A stretch of 64,000 nucleotides of DNA, taken from contig NC_042999.1 in assembly GCF_006345805.1 (NCBI RefSeq), positions 85,436,001 through 85,500,000 on the forward strand. Reading direction: 5' to 3'. Position 1 is the stretch's first letter; each line of letters starts with the position of its first letter. The stretch is from Octopus sinensis. Taxonomy: Eukaryota. Made by a program: the position numbers and the translations under genes. The notes under the pieces were generated by a model, which saw only the letters and a program-made list of their open reading frames with translations, was not told the DNA's origin and searched no databases. Below, one piece after another: positions 48,310 through 61,652 of this stretch.

Positions 48310-49745
48310 CATAAGTATGACTTTTCATGAATGCAACAATCATTTAAATGGACCTCTCGTAAACTGCTTTTTCAAAAATTGAGGTTTAAAAAAAAAAATT
48401 GCCATTTTTGATTGGACCAATATTTAAGTTATATAATTTCCATTATCCCATTGAAATTCAGAACACTGCGTTGGCAAAGTTATTAAACGTTTTTATTTTT
48501 AAAGGCACATTTTATCTTTATTGAGCTGTGAAATTCTTTTCTATGCCTAAAATATATTTGCTTTTTCTGCATCAGATGCACAGTTTCATCATCATCAAAT
48601 TATTTAATTGTAGTTTTATACATTCATTTCTTCTACAATCACAAACATACATTATAAAAATTATAAACATCTTTCTTTTCTTGTTAAAAATGAAGTAGCA
48701 GATAACTCGGTCAAAGACACTTAAATAACAACAATGCACATTTTTCATTCAACATAAAAATAAAGGCATGATTATTTATAGCTTTTTTACATTTTTTTTT
48801 TAAACTGGAGAATGTATTTTCAGGGGTTGGGGGAATATGCCCAAATATCTTTGCAAATGACAAATTTTATTTACAAAACTGTTGGATTGAAATTTGAATA
48901 ATATTAATTTAATCTTAGCATACCTATCTTTAAAAATTTCATATATATGGGATTTAGCTGAATATAGTGACACAGCTATTGAATATGAGAAGAGAAGAAA
49001 CAACATTAATATCAAGCAAATTATTACAAGAGAAACATATAAATTAGACTAATTTTTTAGTTTTATAATATTGTTAAATTAATTTAAATTCTTTTATGAA
49101 CATTTTTCTCAATGTAAAACCTATTAATTTTTTAACTGTAATTCATTGTACATATTTTATTCTTTATTTATCACTGTCTTACATCTATGGGTGGAATGGT
49201 TTTTTGCAAATTTGACATTTTCACAAATATCACAAAGCAAATATCTTCATAAACGTAAGCTTTAAAATATATGTCACGTTATTTCATATAAAAATAGCTC
49301 ATTGACAATAACACTGAATAGTGGAGGAAACTAATGTACGAACTGCATAGAAATAATCATTATCACAAATCACACATAACCAACACTCTCGTAATATCTG
49401 TTACATAACAACTTAAAATGGGACAATTTTGTATTTATCATTTCATTACAGTAAATCTGATTATCACTTCAGACAGTTTTTAAAATTAATACATATACAT
49501 TATTTTACAATAAAACAAAATACAATTCCCCAAATCACCACCATATAAAAAAATCTTGTGCTTTTAAACATCTCTTATTTTACAACAAAGTTCAAAACAT
49601 TCAACAAATTGAAATGACAAATAAATGTCAATGTTGACTGAAAGGAAGCCAATAAAGATGTTCAAACCTATTTCTTCTCAACTAATAATAATTTCATAAT
49701 AACATTATTCAAAAAATAATAATTAAAATGAATTATCATCAGTGA

Positions 49746-49945
49746 CTAAAACACACCACCAAAAAAATCTGTTATGCCTTCTCCATCATTCAAATTAAAC
49801 ATATAATCTTCCATATAGATAGGTGGTTCAAGGTGAGTAAGTGTAGAGTCAAGATTTTGGTCTTCAGTTTGCTGTAAAAGATTTATGTTGGCATCTGGGG
49901 ATATATCTTGTTCTTCAAGCAGTGCATTTTTCAACGAAACTTGTG
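49746..49945 (-). CDS. E2F3: E2F terminal exon (transactivation / pocket-protein-binding)
   Basis: tttaacag|CA (phase 1); ...EDYMFNLNDGEGITDFFGGVF*, matching the RB-binding Y..L...EGI.D.F motif. Confidence 0.92.
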
Positions 49946-52845
49946 CTGTTAAAACAAAAGTAATAACCATGAATATTTGTATGATAAAATGAATATATAT
50001 ATTATGTATGTATAAAAAATTTGTTTTGTTTTCATTTTAACATTTACTTTCCCATGTATGCATATGTCAGATGAGAGTTTATTGAGACTGGGTAGAATTT
50101 TCTATGGTCAGATACCTTACAAGTGAAATGATAATCTCCCATTCTAACACATATATTTGTTTGTTTCTCCATGCTAGTATGAATTAGATGTATATATTAT
50201 TGAGGTACTGTTTTACAACTAGATACCTTTCTTGTTACTAACCCATACCTGTTTTTCAAAAAAGGAGATCTCTTATTTCATGTCTTTGAAAGCATGAAGT
50301 GAGTGGACAATTTGTTGACAAGGAACAATAATACATGTAGTGGGTGACTTTTGTAGAACACAATTGTAAACATACACACATCCATGTATGCATATGATTA
50401 GCTTCTTTCACTTTCTATTTATGATATTCACTAACAAGGATTTGGTTGGCCCACCATGCAGTGTGGTTAAGAAATTTGTTTCCCAACAACATGGTTTCTG
50501 GTTCAGCCTCAGTGCATGACACCTTGGACAAGTGTCTTTTGCTATAGCCCCAGGCTGGCTAAAACCTTATGAATGGTTTTGATAGATGGAAATTTGAAGA
50601 AACTCATCATGTGTATTCTTGTCTGGACATTGCACAACAATTATGAGAGTTACCATCCATCATACAAGCACAACTGCTTCTAATTTTCCATGAAAACATG
50701 TCCAGTCATGGAGAAATGTTACCTTGCTTAAAAACAGGTAAGGGTTGGTGACAGGAAGGGCATTCAGCCATAGAAAATCTGCCTCAATGAACTTCATCTG
50801 ACCCATGCAAGCATGGAAAAGTGGATGTTAAAATGATGATATTGTATCATCATCATTGTTTATGTTAAGACTAACTTCTTTGAAATATTGTTTTTATTAA
50901 ATTATTTCTGATTAATTAATTTATCTATTTCTATTAACTGATTGAATTAAGAATTGAATAATATATTGCTGCTATTTTTAGATTTTAAAATTAGAATTTC
51001 CTATTTCAGTAATAATTATAAATTAACTGTAATAGAATATCATCTTCTAACATTGTAAAATTTATTTAATAAAAAATAAATTAATGCTTAATATTTTAAG
51101 CTCAGCAACAATTGGCAAGTAATTTAATAAGGTCATTTGGTATAAAACTTAAATAAGAGGTATTGAGTTATAATGTGAGAGAAAACAGACTAAACACTAC
51201 AACACCATTGACATGTACTGTAACAAATGCTAAAAAAAGTAACTAATATGACTTCTTGCAACAAATGAAATTCTCATAATAATTTGAATACATTGGGTAC
51301 AAATAGAATAGAATGAAGTTTGCTAACAATGGCCACATCTTATTAAGCATCACACGCTGAATTGCATGTAAAAACCAGTGGCAGATATTATCAAACCTCA
51401 ATTTCACATATCTGTATAAAAGCAAATTAAGGAATCGATAAAAGAGCCTCTACATAAAACATCCTCTTTTGAGAAATAAACTGCATGAAACATGGCTCGT
51501 CGTGATGTGGCCTGCACAACTATATAAAAATTCAAGGTAATTTTTTGTTGGCATGCCATTCAGAAAGTTCCACAGGCTGCAGTTCATGATTGCTCTACAT
51601 GGTCACTTATTTGCTGGAAATAACAGCCAAAACACACTCAAATCAAACCCCAACATGTTAAATGAAGTATATATTGGGCAATATAGTACTTCATATATAA
51701 TAATATTAAGATGGTCATAGCTGGTAGGTCTTTCATCATGGGACTGTGAGATCAGAGTTGGTTTGGAGTTAGACAACAAAACCATGCTAAATCTAAATAT
51801 ATACATATTACATCTTAGAGTCATGTTTGTCTTCAAACAAGTAACTCGATCTGAGACAATGTGTTGAAACAGAAACAATTAAACATTATGAAAGATTCTG
51901 TTTGACCATCTGAAAATGCACCAGCATTGTTGAGCTTGCTTGTTTCTTGATATGTCAAAAGCTTCCATTGCACAACTGCAATCTGGTTACTGACAATTCC
52001 ACCGCATCAGTGGATTTCTGAGACACTGTACAACATTCCATTATTATAAACTTCTTTCCCACAATGGTCACCCAACATGCTAGAAATAACAGCTACAAAC
52101 TTATCAAATTAGAGTAGATTGTTGTTATAACAATGACTTGTTAATAAAAATGCTTTTGTTTACAAAACATCACATTTCATCATCATTCTTCCTAGATCAA
52201 CCACTTTGTTAACTTCATGGACTGCATACTCCTCTTCCTCCTCACTTCAACAATAACAAATGGCAATATAATGTCTACCCACTACATCTTTTCCTCAATT
52301 CATTAATTCAATATGTACGCATTGCTAGATCAATGTAACATTTTCTCTCTATCTGTTTAATTGATAAATTGTTGAGTTATAAAGTATTACAATCAAGTTA
52401 AAAGGTTCCAAAATTGAAGTCATATAAAAACACACATCATCATCACCATCATTTAACATCTGTTTTCTATGCTGGTGAGCTAGAGGACTGCACCAAACTA
52501 CACTATCTGCTTTGAGAGGAATTCTATAGCTGGATGCCCTTCCTAACACCAACCACTTCACAAAATGTACTGAGTGCTTTTTAACATGGCACCATCACCA
52601 GCAAGGTCACCAAGCAACTTGCAAGACAAAGATACCTCAACTGAATAAGGAGTAGTATTGAAGGAGATGGCTTCATGCCAGGTGATGAGAAGTTAAAGTA
52701 TGATAGAGGAACAGGCATTTTGCTGTAGATAAGATACATGGCTACTCCAGCTGGAAAAGAAAGGCAGGAGAGAGAAGATAGTGATGCAGATGTGTCAGAG
52801 TGTACCCTCAAAGTACAGGGGAGGTGAAAAAATAAGAATACTTAC

Positions 52846-53008
52846 TTTTAAAGCTATCACAGGATGTAGAATCTTCTGATAATTGTTCTTCACTTATACT
52901 ACTACTACTATTATGACCCTCTGTTGCTGGTGTGTGTTTGACATCCTTTTTTACATCATCGGGACACAAATACACCTCAATGGCTTGACTGTTACTTTTT
53001 AACCAAAT
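52846..53008 (-). CDS. E2F3: E2F exon (end of marked box)
   Basis: IWLKSNSQAIEVYLCP; A|GTAAGT donor; first available AG acceptor is atgcag|ATT (5' edge uncertain, see findings). Confidence 0.8.
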
Positions 53009-54393
53009 CTGCATATTATTCAATAAAATACAAGTGGTTGTTTTAAAAAAAAGAAAACAAAAGGAAAGAGTGAAATGAGTAAAACAGTATAAAAAATCAC
53101 AATAAAAAGTCATTTACAATGTCCATAACTTGAAAAGTTTATTACATTTGGTATCATTAAAATGCAAAGCAAAAGTTTGAGATATTCATCATTATCATTT
53201 GACGTCCACTTTTTCATGCTTGTATGGATTAGATGGAATTTGTTGAAGCAGATTTTCTACGATCAGATGCTCTTCTTGTCACCATTGCTCACCTATTTCC
53301 AGGTAAGGTAATATTTCTCCATAGCCATACAAATTTCCCACAGAAGATTGAAAATAGACATCACTTGTATGACAGTGACAACCATGTGATGTTAGGGTAA
53401 GGGCACATACATAATGTGTGTGTAATCAAAGTAAGCAACAAGGATATCCAGGTGTTGCTTATTTTGATTTTAATCACCTTAATTTGTGTATATATACACA
53501 CACCACAAGCTTCTTCCAGTCTCTGTCTACTAAATCTATTCACATGGATTTTGGTCAGTCTGAAATTATAGAAGACATTTGCCCAAGGTGCTGTGCAGTA
53601 AGACTGAACCCAAGACCACATGGTTGAAAGCAAGCTTCTTAATCACACAGCTATGAACCATACCACCACCTATACCAAAATTATTGGTGTTCTGTTACCA
53701 TCATTATCTACATACATCATAAATGGACACATCACTATAATAAGGGGATGTTTCTCTGCACTTGTAATTTGTAAGCATGATGTTTTTGTTGTTTTTTTCC
53801 AATTTTGTTACTTTAGCAAGTTATTTGGATAAGTGCATGGTATTCCAATGACATGGACATTCAATGCATCTTCGTGTTACAATAATTGATGCTTGTAATA
53901 CTAACATTGAACATTTGAGCTTAATCTTAATAATCAGTGATTGTTTCTTGTCAAAATAGCATTCTCTTACAAACATTTTTCATGCTTTGTATTTCACAAT
54001 TACTTAACATTGTTGTTGAGCAAAAACGCTTTCCTCCGTAGCATACATTTTTTAAACATAGGTTTTCAAATGATTTCACAAACTGTTTCAATTTACATCA
54101 ATTAGTTTCACAGCTAAAAAGTGAATAATCATAGGTAGCTAGAAATTGATCAAAAATTTTTAATAGAAAATGTTTCTATAAATGCTGCTCCTTGTAAAAA
54201 CATTCTAGAAAGATTCTATAAAATTTCATGAGATTCTACATAGCTCTGTACCAATTCATTTTTGACTATGCAGTTAAGTCCTATACTATTGGATGTTGCC
54301 ATAGTCAAGCCTTTCTCAAGAACATTACTGATACAAAGAACATAAAATTAATACTGAAAGTAGAAAGGAAAGTAAAAAAAAATTAAAGCTCAC

Positions 54394-54508
54394 CTTTGAT
54401 ATATCAGGTAATTCTAAACGTGTTTCAGGAGGTGCTTTGACAGCCATAACTGTTTGATCATCTAATGATCTTATATTTCGTATATCATGATACGTTACAT
54501 ATGCATAT
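54394..54508 (-). CDS. E2F3: E2F exon (marked box)
   Basis: [38 protein letters not shown]; AAG|GTGAGC donor; non-AG 5' boundary after the U12 intron. Confidence 0.85.
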
Positions 54509-55581
54509 TTAAGATTGAATTAAAGAAATAATGAAATTCAAAGGGAAAAAAAAATTATGAAAACATTAATACAGATAGATAGGAAATAAAAAAAATATTA
54601 TGTAGGCCTGATTACACATTTAATGATGATACTAACTCCCTGCCACATTTTTACTCCAATCCCACACATTTTATTCAGTAAATTTGTTTCTACTGAATCT
54701 AACACTATGATGAAAAAAGAATTACATAGATGCAAACTATTTTAATTTTTCATTAATAAAGAGGAAGGAGGGATTTTTGAGAACTACTGATTTACACTAT
54801 AGTCCTAAGAAGGACTGACAATGTTTTATATTTGTGTGTGAGCATATGTGTGAGTACATGTTTATCTTTTTGGAAAATACTCAAAATGAAACCTTGAATA
54901 GAATACACACACATAAACACTTACATAACATTGTCTACTTCTCAGAGTTATACAAAGTAAATAGCAACATTACTTGTCTTTACTCTCAGTTATTTGATGT
55001 AGGTATATACAGTTGCGACCAAAATGTTCAGAACGGCATTGTTTTCGTAAGAAAAGTAGGTATAAGTTTTTATATTCTATAATTTTCACAGACAATAAAT
55101 ACGATTTTATTATCGTATTTATTATCTGTGAAAATTATAGAATATAAAACAACTTTGATAAAAACTTATACCTACTTTTCTGACGAAAACAATGCCGTTC
55201 TGAACATTTTGGCCGCAACTGTATATCAGTGTATATAACATAGTGACCTCCCTTGTATTGCGAAACTATATGAGCATCAGGTCCTCCACCTACTTCTTAT
55301 TTTCTCAACTAAAACTATTTTATAAGCAATGCACTTTCAAGTAGTTGAAGATTTCTAATACTGTAGATATCTAGAATAAACAGTACGAGAAAATTTGAGT
55401 GACAACAGACATTCCACAGAAATTATCATTATCATTTTAACATCTACTTTTCCGTTGTTGTTTCAGTGCCAATTTAGTATAAATGGATTAATCATTATGA
55501 CAACTACTATTGTAACCACTATATGATATTTTTTGAAGTAAAATACACAAAAGGGAACATTTTTTATTCATAAAAGGATAT
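54509..55581 (-). other. U12-type (minor spliceosome) intron, AT-AA (alternatively AT-AC ending at 54494)
   Basis: 5' end ATATCCTTTT is the U12 consensus; branch-like TTCTTTAAT at 54527-54519; no AG within ~100 nt upstream of the exon. Confidence 0.85.
55010..55221. mobile_element. Palindromic Tc1/mariner-type MITE with TA target duplication
   Basis: TA|CAGTTGCG...CGCAACTG|TA; the whole 212 bp folds on itself with a 6-nt loop and one ~14-nt bulge; CpGs retained. Confidence 0.85.
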
Positions 55582-55681
55582 TTTGATTTTTCTGGGTCTT
55601 CTGTAAGGATTTTCAGCTGTTTTGTACAGTGTTCTATTAATTCATCCATTTCATTTTCTTTAGCTTCATAAATAGCCATTT
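55582..55681 (-). CDS. E2F3: E2F exon (coiled-coil dimerisation)
   Basis: gttgacag|AA; EMAIYEAKENEMDELIEHCTKQLKILTEDPEKS; ends AA|ATATCC (phase 2). Confidence 0.9.
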
Positions 55682-56546
55682 CTGTCAACAATAAAATATT
55701 TAGAGTTTGCTTAAAATTAACAAAGAATGAAGATTACATTTATCAAGTTATGCAGATATGTTTCTAATATCATCGATTATGTTTAAATTTAGTTTCTACT
55801 GTCAAAAGGAAGAAAACCCTGGACAAAACTCAAAATATTTTTAGTAAGATGATCTATAATAATTTGTAGGGAAATTTGGGGATGGAGAATAGAAATCATT
55901 CAACCACTGTAGTGGTTGAATATATTAAGTCCACCATTTCGTCAATTGCACCAGCTTCCAAGCTTCACCATTAATGCAAACTGTTAACAGTTTTAAAGAG
56001 GACACCTCCTCAGCTACACTTTGGCATAAATAGTTTGAGATTTGGTTCAGTAGAAAAGTTACATCAAAATATCTGTGACCCCAAGGGGGGCAGTAAGGCA
56101 CCTATTCACCTTCAATTAACATAAACTTTTAAATTTTAAAATAAAAGTATACTTTTCTTAGGCTTAAATGATAGAAAAATGTATGAGAACTGTAAAGAGT
56201 GATAAATTAGAAGAACTGGCATTCATTGCTGCAATATTTTAAGTAAAAAGTTTCTTATTCTTTACTTTACTTGAAGTAATAGTTTGTCCTATATTTTTAC
56301 AGATGTATTAACTTGTCCTGTATTTTTTCAGGTTTATAATCTTAAGAATATTACTTTTCATGCTCACATTTTTCCATGTAATATTACTAATAAGTGAAAT
56401 TGTAAGCCAATTCCTTTTATATGGAAAAACATTTGGTTCAGACATATTAAAATTGAGTAATGAAAGCAATTTCAACAGTTTGACTAACATTTAATACTAG
56501 TTATTGATAAACAAAGGAGGAATCATTGTAAATGTTTTAAAAGTAC

Positions 56547-56620
56547 CTGAATGTAAATCCATTAATTTCGTAGTAAGCTGGAGTGGCACAGGATTAGCAG
56601 CTATTGATGATATACAACCT
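56547..56620 (-). CDS. E2F3: E2F short linker exon
   Basis: tttacag|A GGT; GCISSIAANPVPLQLTTKLMDLHS; G|GTACTT donor; phases 2/1 fit both neighbours. Confidence 0.8.
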
Positions 56621-57204
56621 CTGTAAATAAATAAATAAATATATCATTTAGAAAATTTGAAAGCAATTGATAAACAGAATCTGTAGAGAATTTAAGAAAA
56701 TGCCTGGCAACATTTAAACATCTCTTTATGTTCTGTCACGGTCAATTCTGCCTTTATTCTTCAACACCAGCCTGAGAATTTAAATGGTGAATGATACCAA
56801 ACAGGCTGAAATTAGCCATAGTGACCTATTCATATTTAAGTGAGAATTTCAATGCAAATCTCATTAGTACATTCATGAAAACACATGGCTTCACTATGTA
56901 AGTTATTGAATGAACTGTCCGACATTATTTTACTTGATATTTGAGCATTGTAAATTTGTGGAGACTTTTTCCCACTTCGATTTTATGAAAGGTTTCACTA
57001 TGGATAAAAACTGGATACCAGTATCATGTTGTCATGCAGCAAGTTTGAATTTGAAGTATTTTCAAAAGACAGAAAAATTCAAAACAAACGGCAAACATAA
57101 AAACCACATGTGTGATTATAAATAGGATTTTTTTTTCCCTCCTGAAAGTGAAACAATTCTAACAGTTCAGACAGCAGAGAAAAAAGCAATTTGTACCTAA
57201 ATCA

Positions 57205-58265
57205 TCATCATTATTTAGTATCTGCTTCCCATGCTGGCATAGGTCAGACAGTTTGACTGGAACTGGTAAGCCAGTGAGCTGTACCATATTCCAGTTTGAA
57301 TTTTGGTTTGGTTTCTACGGCTGGATGCCCTTCCTAACACCAACAACTCCAAGAGTGTAGTGGATGCCTCTTATATGTCACTGGTACGGGTATTTTATGT
57401 GTTACCAGCACTACCCACAACTCAATTTTACTTGGCTTGATGAGTCTTCTCAAGCACAGCAAATCGTCAACGATCTCTATCACTTGTCATTGCCTCTATG
57501 AGACCCAACATTCGAAGATCATGCTTCACTACCTCATGCCATATCTTCCTCTTCCACAGGTTCCCTCCTCAGTTAGAAAATGGCACTTCTCTATGTAGCT
57601 GTCCTCACCCATACACATCACATGACTATACCAGTGTAACCGTCTCTCTTGCACACTACACCTGATGCCTCTTATGTCCTATTTTTTTCACGAGATGCTT
57701 ACACTCTGTCATACATGCACACCAACATTGCACATCCAGTGAAGCATACTGGCTTCATATCTTTCAAGCCTAGCTTTATTTCTTTCATGTCTTCATATGT
57801 CCTCTGCAGCCACAGCTCACGTTTCACTGCAGTGTAGCATGGCTGTTCATACACAGGTATCATACAATCTGCCTTTCACTCTGAGGGAGAGACCCTTTGT
57901 TATCAACAAAGGTAGAAGCTCTCTGAATTTTGCCCTGTCTATTCTGATTCTAGCAGCTACGCTCTTGCAGCATCTCACCTCCACTGCTGACTTGGTTACC
58001 TAGATAATGACAGCTATCAACTACTTGTAGGTATTCCCCTTGGCATTTGATGGAGTCTATTTTCAGTATGTTTCTAATGCTTATTGTACCTGTACATCTG
58101 CCAAACACAAAGGCTATTTTCCCTGCTAACCTTCCTCTAATATTGCTTGCACCTCTTATGTGTCCATAGCTTGCACTGAGGACGCCTTATGGAGCTTCTA
58201 CCAACACCTTTTCTACATATTGAGCTGGGCCATCTACTGGAAGGGATTCATGATTTGTCTACTTT
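57205..58265 (-). mobile_element. Older, 5'-truncated RTE copy (same family as 23756-28015)
   Basis: (ATG)n tail near 57205; collinear similarity to the intact ORF from the RWPSSICRKGVG zinc-finger segment to the 3'UTR; frameshifted. Confidence 0.85.
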
Positions 58266-59685
58266 GAATTTGATGGTTTCAGAAAAGATGAAACAAGATT
58301 TTTTCAAATTTAACCCAAATAGTAGGAACTAAAATTATCAGCTTTAAAATGAAAGATTTTATTCATAATGTTGATTTAATCCAGTACATCTCAGACTTAC
58401 TTTAACTACTGTTCTCTTTCTTTTAATAACACTTTTTAATGCCTCAACCCTTGGATATTTCAATATCCACATTTTTTCATGTACATACAAATAATATTAA
58501 GCCAGAGGATGTATCACCTGCTTGGTGTAGGTGATACATACTTAGCACATGGCTTTGACTAAGCTCAGGTACATAGTCTTGATGCTTCATATACACTCCT
58601 GTAGCTAGCAAGTAAAATTTATCTTTATATCTCAATTTATAGTTGTTGGTATTGAGATTGTGGCTAACAAACTGTTTATTTTATATTGCATTTAATTTTT
58701 TAGTTAATATTTAAATAAGATATGAAGACTTCCATCCCCAACCTTCTACAGTACTTGTATAATATGAAAAGCAATTATGTCTTAGTTGCAAGTAAAAACA
58801 AAGAAGCTGTGTAGTCAAAAGAAAACATAGAATGACCAACATTTAATGGCCATTTCCATGCTGAGAAGTCAAAAGACTACACCAAACTCCAATGTCTGTT
58901 TTGGCATAGTTTCTACAGCTTGATGCCCTTCCTAAAGTCAACCACTTTACAGAGTGTGCTGGGTGCTTTTAACATGACACTAGCAGCAGAAGTCACCAAA
59001 TAATTTACATGACAAGATGCCCCAAGGAGAGAAGGAATAGGATTGGGGAAGGTGGCTCTGTACCAGATGAGAGGTTAGAGTATGACAAGAGGGACAGAAA
59101 TTGGTGTCCTGCAAAAAGGAGATACAAGGCTTCCTCAGTAGAAGAGAGAAGATGGTGAGGATGTGACAGGGAGTACACGAAGTGTATATAAGTGAAACGG
59201 GACCATAGATTGGATAGGGTGAATGAGTGGGTCAGTTCACAGGACTGTGAAAGTAAGTGGGAGGTGGAAAGGAGGGAATATAGTGAGTAGACAGAAATAG
59301 GAGGGGTTGTTTGGGAGATGTATTGTGGAGAGTAAGAAAAATTCATTACAAAACATTTAATTTTGAAAAATTCAAAAGTAATTTTTTATAATTAAGTTGT
59401 AATATTTTTATCAACTTACTGAATGGTGAGAATCATTAAAATACTTCTTTGTAATAATTTCACAGATATAAGAATATGCAAAGGTGAAAATGGGAAGAAT
59501 TTCAAGAAATAAGCATAACATTGAATACTTTGATCAATAAGGATATGTGTCAATAAAGTACCAGTATTCACCTTATCACTACAGTCTTAAAGTATACTTA
59601 CCAATGGTACAGGAACACAAGTTTTATGGTCAATATTTAGAAAAGTGGCAAAAACAGAAAAAAATGAAACTTCACAAAGACTTAC

Positions 59686-59810
59686 TTCCATTGAATATGA
59701 TTTTTAGACTTTTTTGATATAAGATTGATTCCTTCCAATACATTTGTTATATCATATATTCTTCGTTTCTGAACTTCTAAAGATTCTGCAGCTTTATTTA
59801 AATCCACAAC
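59686..59810 (-). CDS. E2F3: E2F exon (winged-helix DNA-binding domain, C-terminal half)
   Basis: ttttcag|GTT; [41 protein letters not shown]; AA|GTAAGT donor. Confidence 0.97.
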
Positions 59811-59899
59811 CTGAAAATGAAAACACATTTTATTTTGTATATTATCTTTTTATCCATCGAGAACTTGGTATAAAAATATTTTAAACGAACGAAACAGAG

Positions 59900-60054
59900 C
59901 TGTGGCTGTTTGGTAAGAAGTTTCCTTCCCAACCACATGGTTCTTAGTTCAGTCCCACTGCATGGCACTATGGGCAAGTGTCTTCTACTATAGCTGCAAG
60001 CCAGCCAAAACCTTGTGAGTAGATTTGGTAGGCAGAAACTGAAAGGAAGCTCAC

Positions 60055-60085
<31 letters not shown>

Positions 60086-60290
60086 TTATGTTTATGTGTC
60101 TTTGTATCTGTGTTTGTCCCCTCATCATCATTTGACAACCAATGTTGGTGTGTTTACACCCCTGTAACTTAGAGGTTTGGCAAAAATAAAGTGATAGAAT
60201 AAGTACTAGGCTTACAAAGAATAACTAAAATCCTTCAAGGTGATGCTCCAGCATGGCCGCAGCCAAATGACTGGAACGAGTAAAAGAGTA
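59900..60290 (+). mobile_element. tRNA-derived SINE (major family), plus orientation
   Basis: Head tgtggctgtttgg...gttcagtccc; ends in (gtaaaaga)n immediately beside an E2F donor site. Confidence 0.75.
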
Positions 60291-60316
60291 AGAGTAAACA
60301 ATAAATGTGAACTTAC

Positions 60317-60408
60317 GCCATCTGGTGCATTTCTGAGCAAGCCAACAAACTTCTTCGTTAATAAGCCCAAGGATGTGTCATATCTTGTTTTTTCACCAGG
60401 GGATCGTA
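60317..60408 (-). CDS. E2F3: E2F exon (DNA-binding domain, N-terminal half)
   Basis: ttctag|TA; [31 protein letters not shown]; GGC|GTAAGT donor. Confidence 0.97.
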
Positions 60409-61384
60409 CTAGAATACAAAGCAAGTAATGAAATCTACCAATTTTAGTAAAGCAAAGTCTAAATTGTATTAATCATACATAAGTACACAAATAACGGAGT
60501 TAAAAAGTTAAAACAAAAAAGCTAGAATTTTAAAAATCACTTATTTCAATGCACAATGTCCACTTCCTAACTAAAACTGAATGTATCTTTGCATATCCAT
60601 GTACAGTTTTAGAAAGAATCACTCACATTCTTATATCCACTTTCTGTTTACCCACCTGACTAAAGCTTTCTTTAATTCAGAAAATACAAAATGAAGCTAT
60701 TCTAAAATAACTCACTTAGGCACAGTACTACTAAGAAATAACAGCTTTTGCGTGTTTTCAAATGGTTTAAAATGACTATTACAATGCAATGGGTTCACTT
60801 CCTATACACTCTCAGATCAAGCCATATGCTAAGTAAATACAATTCTTATATATGGTTTGAGTTCAGTCCCAATGCATGGCACTTGTGCAAGTGTCTTCTA
60901 CTATAGCTCTGAGCTGATCAAAGCTCTGTGAGTAGATTTGGGAAACAGAAACTGAAAGAAGCCTGCAGTGCATATGTGTGTCTCCTTGTGGTTGTTGTAG
61001 GCAGTGTCATTCATTTCTAATATTTTGTGAAAACATTCTGTCTATGGAGAAATATAATCTTCTTAGGAAACAGGTGAGAATTGGCAACACGAATGTTGTC
61101 TGGCCATAGAAAATTTGTCTCAATAAACAGCATCCTACCCATGCAAGAATGGAAATATGGATGTTAAAATGATGAGATGATTAAGAAATTCGTCTTGCAA
61201 TCATGGTTCATCAGCAGGGTCAAAGTGGTTGTCTTTATTGGGAATGGGGTACACTACTGTACATTTCCAGAAACCAGAGTAGATATCCAGAAATAGAGGT
61301 TTAAAAACTTTAGCCACCATAGCATCTCCTGAATGACAGTAAGCACACTATCAGAACTAGAACATGTGCACTTGTACTGCTATG

Positions 61385-61390
<6 letters not shown>

Positions 61391-61435
<45 letters not shown>
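61391..61435. repeat. (TA)n microsatellite
   Basis: Direct reading; another at 62004-62051. Confidence 0.95.
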
Positions 61436-61441
<6 letters not shown>

Positions 61442-61652
61442 AATTTTTAAGACTATGACTTGTGTTTTTTATGTGGCACAGTACCAGTGTTTTTTACGTG
61501 ACACTATAACCCACACTAATGTTTTTTACAAGGGCACCAGAACACACACCAATGCTTTTTACATGCCACCTTATTTATATTGGAAAATATAAAAGATAGA
61601 TAATACATTACTTGTTTAACAGTCAAAAGAGAATAAGCTATTTTGTCAATAC

